From NCBI GenBank assembly GCA_951406725.2, contig OX597830.1, positions 28,458,001 through 28,522,000 on the forward strand: a DNA stretch of 64,000 bases, in the 5' to 3' direction. The number at the start of each line of letters is the position of its first letter. The first letter of the stretch is position 1. Shown here one piece after another: positions 55,023 through 64,000 of this stretch. The notes under the pieces are model-generated. The model was given only the letters and a program-made list of their open reading frames with translations, was not told the DNA's origin and did not search any database. A program made the position numbers and the translations under genes. Source of the DNA: Octopus vulgaris (Eukaryota).

Positions 55023-56660
55023 TTTGATACTTTGATACTTTGATAGGTTTCGGCCATTATTGGCCCAGACCATGTCTAACTTAATAGCACCACCTGGTGA
55101 AGTCTTTCAAGTCAGAATTTGGGCACTATGGCCCACTCAATTAGAGAGTTATTGTTTACAGAGACATATCCGGGTGTAGGGGGTTTATCCGGGATTTCTT
55201 GAAGGAATCTGTCCAAAGACTTCTTGAACCCTATAGGGTCAGTTTCTGTTTTAATGTGTTTTGGTGTAATGTTAAAGAGAGCGGGGCCAATTGAGGTGAA
55301 ATAATTGTGCCGTATTGTTGTTATGAGGTGAGAGTGCGATTTTTGTTTTGGGCGGATGGCACGGGGCCCAAGCCTTGGATGTACCTTAAAGTTGATGCCA
55401 ACATCATTTGGGCAATGCTGATGGAATATTTTCCACATCATGCAGATGATGTAGCGCTCACGACGACGTTGGAGAGAATAGAGTTTTAGCTTTTCTAGTC
55501 GACCCCAATAGTCGAGGCCTGTCATGCCATCTATCTTTTTTGTGATTGCCCTTTGAGGTGCTTCAACTTTTATGATACCTTGTATTGTGTGGGGAGACCA
55601 CAGTGGACAACAGTATTCAAGGTGGGGTCGGGCAAAGGTGGAGAAGAGAATAATAATGGTGTGGATATCTCTCGACTGGAAAGTTCTGAGAATCCAGGAA
55701 CACATTCTGCGGGCCATGTCAACTTTGGTGTTTATATGAGTGGCCCAGCTTATGTTGTTGTCCACAATTACTCCCAGGTCTCTGATGTTGTTGGACGCCG
55801 CGAGAGTTTCACCTGAAGGAAGGGAGTATGGGAGTTTCAGGGCATCCTCTTTTCGAAAGTGGATTAGCTCAAATTTATCCTCGTTCAGCAGCATATTGTT
55901 TTTTTCTGCCCATTGGATAACAGCCAGTAGATCTGACTGAAGGCATGTCCGGTCACTCGCCTCATTTATGACCTTCTGTAGCTTGGAGTCATCTGCAAAG
56001 ATTTTTATGTTGCTGTGCTTGATGATGTCATTAATGTCATTAATGTAAATGATGAAAAGAAGTAGGCCCAGCACAGTGCCTTGCGGAACGCCACTACTGA
56101 CTTTGGCTGGGCTTGATTTTACCCCTTCAACTACAACATGTTGAGATCTGTCTGTCAGGAAACACTTGATCCATTTCAGTAACTTTCCAGAGACACCAAT
56201 GTTGGAGAGTTTTTTCAATAGGATCTTGTGATCGACCCTGTCGAAGGCCTTACTGAAATCAAGGTAGATGACATCGGTGTTGGAGCCCTCTCCCAAAGCT
56301 CTCAAAATGTCCTCAAAGTGATGCAGGAGCTGCGTTAGGCAGTCCCTTCCATTACGGAACCCATGTTGGTTGGAGATCAGCCGTCTGTTGCTTTCCAGAA
56401 ATTGGGTTATTCGAGATCTCACCACCCTCTCAAATACCTTGATGATATGAGAGGTGAGTGAGATCGGACGGTAATTCACTGCAAGGGACTTGTTTCCCTT
56501 TTTGAAAACTGGGACAGAAGGTTTTTTTGGAATATAGCCAGCATCCAGTGAGTTTCTCCACAGATTAGCAAGGGGAGATGCAAGTTGGTGTCGACACACC
56601 TTCAGGACACAAGCAGGGAACCTATCGGTGCCTACTGCTGAATTGTGTTTTATTTCGTTT
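55021..56660 (-). mobile_element. 5'-truncated CR1-group LINE inserted in (TA)n
   Basis: Open RT frame, ~65-nt 3' UTR with hairpin GGCCA-ataa-TGGCC, tail (ATCAAAGT)3, and (TA)n on both flanks. Confidence 0.9.
55112..56660 (-). CDS. LINE reverse transcriptase, 5' partial (the first ~16 aa of the 532-aa ORF come from flanking DNA)
   Basis: NYRPISLTS, QHGFR, YLDFSKAFDRVDH, GVPQGTVLG, YIND, FADDSK, RDLGV, RPHLEYC..WSP, LQRRRER. Confidence 0.95.
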
Positions 56661-56808
56661 ATATATATATATATATACTTCGATCGATTCGTTGGACTAA
56701 AAAACTTCAAGGCGGGGACCTAGCATGGCGCAGTCTGATGAGTGAACCAAGTAAAATATAAAAGATACATACATATCTATCTGTCTGTCTGTCTGTCTGC
56801 CTGTCTGC

Positions 56809-56909
<101 letters not shown>

Positions 56910-58241
56910 CTTGATTTTTAACCAGTCTTGTGGCGGCAACGGAACTGTCTATATCACATGAACAGTCCAGGAGAGCCATGTAGCAGTTTCTCTTTATGTA
57001 CACGCAAATTTAGTTTCTTGATAGAATTGGAATTCCTAACTACATATTTATATAAACATAACTGTTATTTGTCTCTCTGGAATTGCTCAAGGGAATTAGA
57101 AGGCTCTTATGACCTTCCAATAAGGGTCGAAAATCGACTGAGTCTGATCATCATTTTTGTTTTCAGTTTACAAAGAGATGGGTAAAATTTGCATTTTGTA
57201 TATCAGTTACTTGGATGTACATATATATAGTTAGTTGGCGAGATATTTAACCAATTAACTATCAATGAAGAAATTTTATTGAACCAGTGCGTGTGTTTGT
57301 TATTATCTGCGCAATGACCCCGCCCCCAAGATACAGCAAGATTTCTTTTAACCCACGATTTCACATTTCCTGCAAACCACATACAGAAACAAAATAAGAT
57401 ATATGTCGATATATGTCCGGTATATGCAACTGAAGCACTCTTACAATAAAATACCCATTAGCGTTATCCAATGTATTTAATATATATACATATACATACA
57501 TATGATTATACATACAAATATACGCATATGTACATGCGTACATAAACGTCTGTGTGCGTGTGTAAGCATACATGGATGCACATCTACATACACAACGCAC
57601 ATTCATACACATGTACCCGGGGAGGTTTATAAAACTTATTTATTAATAATTATTAATTTGTCAACAAATTAAATCTCGTGTACCATTTATACACACTTCA
57701 ACTTTTTCAACAAACAAAGAAGAAACAAATCATTAATTTTGAAAAGTCACAAACATATAACTAAGCACAAAACAAAAACAAAAAAAACAAATACATTAAA
57801 TATAAGAAAATAAATGTACAAACCGCATACAAAAAAGTAATAATAATAATAATAAATGAAATAACAAATAACTAAAAATATAAAACTAATACCATGAATG
57901 AGATAAATACATTTTGTGGGAGAATAAAAATCTTTGAAAATCACTTCAAGGCTCTAAAATACATGAAATAAATCTCCTCCCACTTTTTTTTATTCACGTT
58001 TGAAATGTCCAACTAAAGTGATATTCTCACTTCCTGTCACCCTATTGAACAATCTTCATGCCGACATTTTACCGTATAGGTTTTCGTACATTATTTAAAA
58101 TTTAATAGTATTTTACCTTCTTCCGATATCTCAATAAATCCCCAGTTAGTTTCCTTTCCTCTCCTACATTGCCACAGTTTCTATTCTTCTGCTCCTCCTT
58201 CCTACAATTTAATTTATTTGCTTCGTTTCTCTTGTTTGTTT

Positions 58242-58308
<67 letters not shown>

Positions 58309-58515
58309 ATTTTGATTCCATTGAAATATATGTGAAGTTAACCCAACAACGAAGATATGCATGCACGAGTATACATATTATGGAAGGAAGGTTTGGAAAT
58401 AAAAATCTAGAAAAATGTAACGCAGAAACTTGACATCCGCTGCGCCGAATTGGAAATGATCACACTTTATTTTAATATGTCATTTGATGAACGGATAGTA
58501 TTATCATTTAATAAG

Positions 58516-58556
<41 letters not shown>

Positions 58557-58577
58557 CTTCTTCTTCTTCTTCTTCTT

Positions 58578-58722
<145 letters not shown>

Positions 58723-58727
58723 CATCA

Positions 58728-58776
<49 letters not shown>

Positions 58777-58792
58777 CATTATTATTGTTGTT

Positions 58793-58823
<31 letters not shown>

Positions 58824-59680
58824 TTATTATTATTATTAGTAGTAGTAGTAGTAGTAGTAATAGTAGTAGTAGTATATCAGTAGTAGTATTTTGCGTATGT
58901 CTGGCGTTGAACTCAAGGTCGTTCGTACTCAGCTCGTGATTGGCAGCGGGTTACCGCACGCATTAATGTAAATATATGGAAACGTGCGCAAAAATATGCG
59001 CACTAGAGGAAAAAAAAATTAATACAGACATCATACATACATGGTCTGGATGAACGTCTATCTTACGTACAAGCATAGGCATTCCACCATACATAGATAA
59101 ACGGACACGAGCGTATATAGACATGTATAGAGACAGAAGCATATACATAGAAACATAACCAAAAAAATAAGACGTATATGTATCTGTGCGTGAGAGAGAG
59201 TGAGAGAGACAAAGGTAGAGCGTCTGTGTGTGTAATATATTTACATATATTTGTGTATATTTGTGTGTATATATATATATTTGTCCGTACACGTGCATGT
59301 GTGTGCATATGTGTATGTGTGCCAGTATGTGTCTATGAATATGTGCATGTGCGTGTTTTTGATTTCCAGTATAATGTATATTATATGTACTTTTAGGTAT
59401 CAGAGTCTAAAGACCATGTATGCTTGTTGGTGTGTAGCATTTACAAATCTACGTAGCCTAGCAGTTATAGTCTTCGTTGTAAACAAATACAAAAGGCTTA
59501 AACATATCAACATATAGATGTACATATACATATACATATACATATGCATACACACACACGTGCACTCACAAACATTTATATACATGTATGCGTATCTATA
59601 GATGTATATACGTGTAAATATATGTATATGTATATACACATATATTATACATACAAACAGACATATACATATATATATTG

Positions 59681-59728
<48 letters not shown>

Positions 59729-59742
59729 CTATTTCTCTGTCT

Positions 59743-59851
<109 letters not shown>

Positions 59852-59877
59852 AGGTTGAAAAGGAACACACGAGTTGA

Positions 59878-60203
59878 TATATATGGTAAAAATCAAGGTA
59901 GAAAATGCTAATATAATTTTATGAAAAACATTTCAGCACCGGTTTCAGCCATTGAAACTTCTTCAACTGTGGGTTCGACCTCGAACCGGTAAGTGTAAAC
60001 AAGAGAGACACAAACAGGTAGAAAGAAGGAAAGCGCCCCTTGTATTTGAAAACGATGCAAATATACATTTAGAACACTTTAGTTTTAATTTTTCCAAAAT
60101 TTGTTTGCTTTCCATACTTACAGATGAAAAAGTCACAATGAGTGAAACCGGTACTGAAATTATTTTACCATTTTCTACCTTGACTTTTTTCCATACATGT
60201 ATA
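59878..60203. mobile_element. Inverted-repeat element with decayed hammerhead motifs in both arms (PLE-like)
   Basis: Arms 59878-59970 and 60120-60203. Each reads cag-(T/A)TGAA(G/A)A-stemII-GAAA-CCG-GT(G/A)-ctg, directed outward. Confidence 0.75.
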
Positions 60204-60380
60204 GGCATGCATACATATCATATATATATACTGTATGACATCTAATTTAAATGAAAAAATTAAGCACCAATTATTTATTCCCAATTTCTATTTACTTTCC
60301 ACTGCTATCCTTCTCGCTTTTAATCTTGCTCTTCAATTAGTCCTACATACATACATGCATATATACATACATACATACAT

Positions 60381-60440
<60 letters not shown>

Positions 60441-61650
60441 TACCACACACACATGTATATATATATAGCTCTTATATACAAGTATATATATTTAACATTT
60501 AACGGAATTAAAATATGTATAAGTATGTGCAATCACGGCACACCAATGCATGTCATTACATACACAACGAAAGTATCATTAGCCAAGAAGCCACTAACCA
60601 CTAAACAAGTTGAGCCCCACCGGACCTACATTTTCAGTGAAGGACAACTTCCAACCACGAGGAACCTAACACGGCTTGAATCAGATTGATTGAAATTATT
60701 TTAAATGCTAGAAATCCATAGCCCCTTACAACACATAGCCCCTTCTTTCCATATTATAGTTATGCGGAAGATAGATCGGGAGATTTCTGACTGCCTGTCT
60801 CAATAATCTCTCGACCTATTTTCTGGTATAAGTACCTTACCTGTTGAACTAAATGTTTCGGTTGAATTTCTAGACTTGCGAGGTTTGGTACTGGTACATT
60901 TCTGTAGCTTTCCAACTGACAAAGAGAAAATAAAATTTTAGTGATGTAAGAGGCTGTCTATGGCTTTTTTCTGAGTGCATTGACACATAAAATAATCAGT
61001 AGAAACAAGGCCATCACTCGCTTGTGAGTGAAAGCTTTTTGCAACGTTATAGCTTACATAATCTATAATACACGTGAAATAGTATTTCTCTCCAAATAAT
61101 ATTAAAACATAAAAATGTAACTTTTATAATTAACTACATTACACGGGTAAGTTCATACGTATTATAAACACACGTCACATAGACTGATACTTGCTCATTT
61201 TACACTTCGCAGTTAGTTTAATTTCTACTTCCTGGCATCTATATTCTTGCATTATCTAGTTCTACTAAGAACATATAATTAATAGGCTTATCCTGGTATA
61301 TATTTCGAAGTTGACAGCTAGCATTTAGTGTATTCAATACAAAAGCAGTATATATATATTTATTGAATACTAACTGAATTCCTTTCATTAATACTTTTAT
61401 CGTAAATTTGTCCATTCCCCCCATACTCTTTTACTCTTTTACTTGTTTCAGTGATTTGACTGCGGCCATGCTGGAGCACTGCTTTTAGTCGAGCAAATCG
61501 ATACCAGGACTTATTCTTTGTAAGCCTAGTATTTATTCTAACGATCTCTTTTTGTCGAACTGCTAAGTTACGGGGATGTAAAAACACCAGCATCGGTTGT
61601 CAAGCGATATTGCGGGGACAAAAGCAGACACACAAGCAGACACACAAGCA

Positions 61651-61702
<52 letters not shown>

Positions 61703-61926
61703 ATAATAATAATAAGAATCCTTTCTACTAGAGGCACAAGGCCTGAACTTTGAGGAAGGAGGATAGCCGATTACATCGAGTCTAGTGCGTAACTCGTACT
61801 TAATTTATCGACCTCGAATTGATGAAAGGCAAAGTCGACCTCGGGTGAATTTGAACACAGAACGTAGCGACGGGCTAAGCATTTCGCCCAGAGCGTTAAA
61901 GACTCTGCCAGCTCGCTTTGCAACAC

Positions 61927-62862
61927 CTATCCGTGTTCGGATTGTCCTCGCACAGGGCCTATCCGGACACGCGTTTACGCCGTGAACAGGGATTAATCAA
62001 CTCCCTTCTCTTCTTTGCCCCTCATGGGCTCAACTCTCCTTTTCTCTTCCTCTAACCTCTTCCCCTCGTGATATAGACTGATACTTGCCTCTCTACCCCT
62101 CACAACTACTTCTTCTCACCCACCTCTCCTCTCTAGTTCCGACTCCTACTTCTTCTCTTCACTCCTACACACCTTCTCCTTTCCCCTTCATCGTCATCTC
62201 TCCCTCATAAGACCACCCTACCACTAAACATTCCACCTCCACCTTCACCATCCTTCCCATCACACCTAACCCCATCCCTTACATCCACTCGTAAATAACC
62301 CACCTCTACCCCCTACCCACATACCCCACCTTCTCCCCACCCTCAGACTAACCCACACCCACTCTTGCTTTCCCCACCCTCGCCTCTCCTACCTCCCAAC
62401 ATCATCACACCATATCAAACACCACTACTCCATACACGACCATACCACATAAGACATCACATCACAACACACAATCACGCACACACCAGTACTGACCACT
62501 TCCCAGGCCCACATTTTCACACCCACACATACACGCACACATCAAGATCAACAGCCCTCTTGCACACGCACATAAAATTCTCTTATACACAGGCACGCGA
62601 ACCTTCGTTTCGGGATCACAACTACTTTATTATATCCCCTTCTTCCTAGATGTCCTGTGTGACCCATTTGTCCGGCCTTCGCCTTGATAGATCGCTAGCC
62701 ACTACACATTCTTTATTTTCTCTCCTTGTTTCTTTCTGTGTTCCTTACTTTGGCTCGAAACGTTAAAAACTTTTTTCCCTTCCCGAGCGTTAAACTAATA
62801 CATCTATTTGTTGTCTACACCACCTGTCTTCGTCTTTTTTTTTTATGAAATTCTCCCTATAT
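61927..62862 (+). mobile_element. 3' fragment of a Penelope-like element (Neptune-like GIY-YIG C-terminus and C-rich 3' UTR)
   Basis: LSVFGLSSHRAYPDTRLRREQGLINSLLFFAPHGLNSPFLFL* (stop 62053-55) matches the 'R..EQ.LI..L....P.GLN' end. A GGCTCGAAACGTTA half-hammerhead lies at ~62752. The tail is shared with 212-270 and, in reverse, ~20525-20625. Confidence 0.7.
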
Positions 62863-62866
62863 AAAC

Positions 62867-62914
<48 letters not shown>

Positions 62915-63694
62915 GTATGTATGTATGTATGTATGTATGTATGTATGTATGCATCAATGCATGTATGTTTATATACCGTACTAAGAAATATGGACATATA
63001 TGTGTATAATTTCTCTATGTACGTAAATATATAAAGTGAGAAAGTGAAGAAAGAGAGATGGGATATAATATTTGTTTAAATCAGATATACGGGTAGCCGT
63101 ATATAACTTTCAGGCTTGCCCCAAATAGTTAAGTATTATTTAATCATAAACATTATTCAACTCCATATACTTACTACTTTTTGCACCATTGTTCCAGTTG
63201 TGGTATTTGAAAAAAATGATTTTAGATATTTGTGATATATATATATATATACATATATATATGCCTACATACATAAATACATTCATACATATATACATAC
63301 ACGTACAGCAAATACACACACACATATACGTATGCGTACATGGGCATACAAAATATAATAATATTCACTAACCACGATAAATGTAGTTATTTGCTTATAC
63401 GTATTTGTGTGTGTAAGTATTTATATGCATAAATGTATACTCTCAAATGTCTGCGATGCAAATGCAATAATATACAAAGAGAAATCTATAACCTACAGAA
63501 ATAGGAAAATAATTATGTTAAATATAGCCATTTCTTCGTGTGTCTATCCATAACACTTTTATACCCTTCCATACTCGTTTCCCATGTACATATTTACCAA
63601 TTGTACTTCTTTTTCTAGCATCAAATTTGGCATCGCTACTCTCTCCCTCACTCTGCTTCGTCTCTATCTCACTCTCTCACTTTTTTTCATTCTT

Positions 63695-63753
<59 letters not shown>

Positions 63754-63843
63754 ATATATACACACATATATACGCATACGTACATAAGTGCATGTATGTA
63801 CATACATATATACATAAGCATATATATACAAACACATATCTAA

Positions 63844-63946
<103 letters not shown>

Positions 63947-64000
63947 CGTATGTATGTATATGTTATACCAAAATACATCAAAAAGTTAAGAAAGATTCAC

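Noticed and set aside
55045-55075. Hammerhead-like GGCC...GGCC-GAAAC in the LINE 3' UTR (minus strand)
   Set aside because: There is no CUGANGA core. It is better explained as the LINE 3' recognition stem-loop.

Overview
This is AT-rich, microsatellite-saturated eukaryotic DNA. The repeat repertoire (tRNA-headed SINEs with CORE-like and Meta-like central domains, (AAT)n-targeting Dong/R4 LINEs, Penelope-like elements) resembles Octopus/cephalopod genomes, but that assignment is inference. I recognise no host protein-coding gene, and almost all listed ORFs are translations of (TA)n, (CA)n, (AAT)n or (TATC)n tracts. The supportable content is transposon-derived: three mariner copies (two with both TIRs and TA TSDs), two Tc1 remnants, three non-autonomous Helitrons, a CR1-group LINE 3' half with an open RT frame, RTE, Dong/R4 and Tx1-like fragments, and many SINEs including tandem multimers. 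The most interesting theme is Penelope-like. A Naiad-type element keeps an open RT-thumb to GIY-YIG frame with an unusually long linker and an intact minimal hammerhead ribozyme. At least seven unrelated small foldback/inverted-repeat elements sit in or next to microsatellites, several with hammerhead motifs in their arms. Coordinates were counted by eye and may be off by a few bases.
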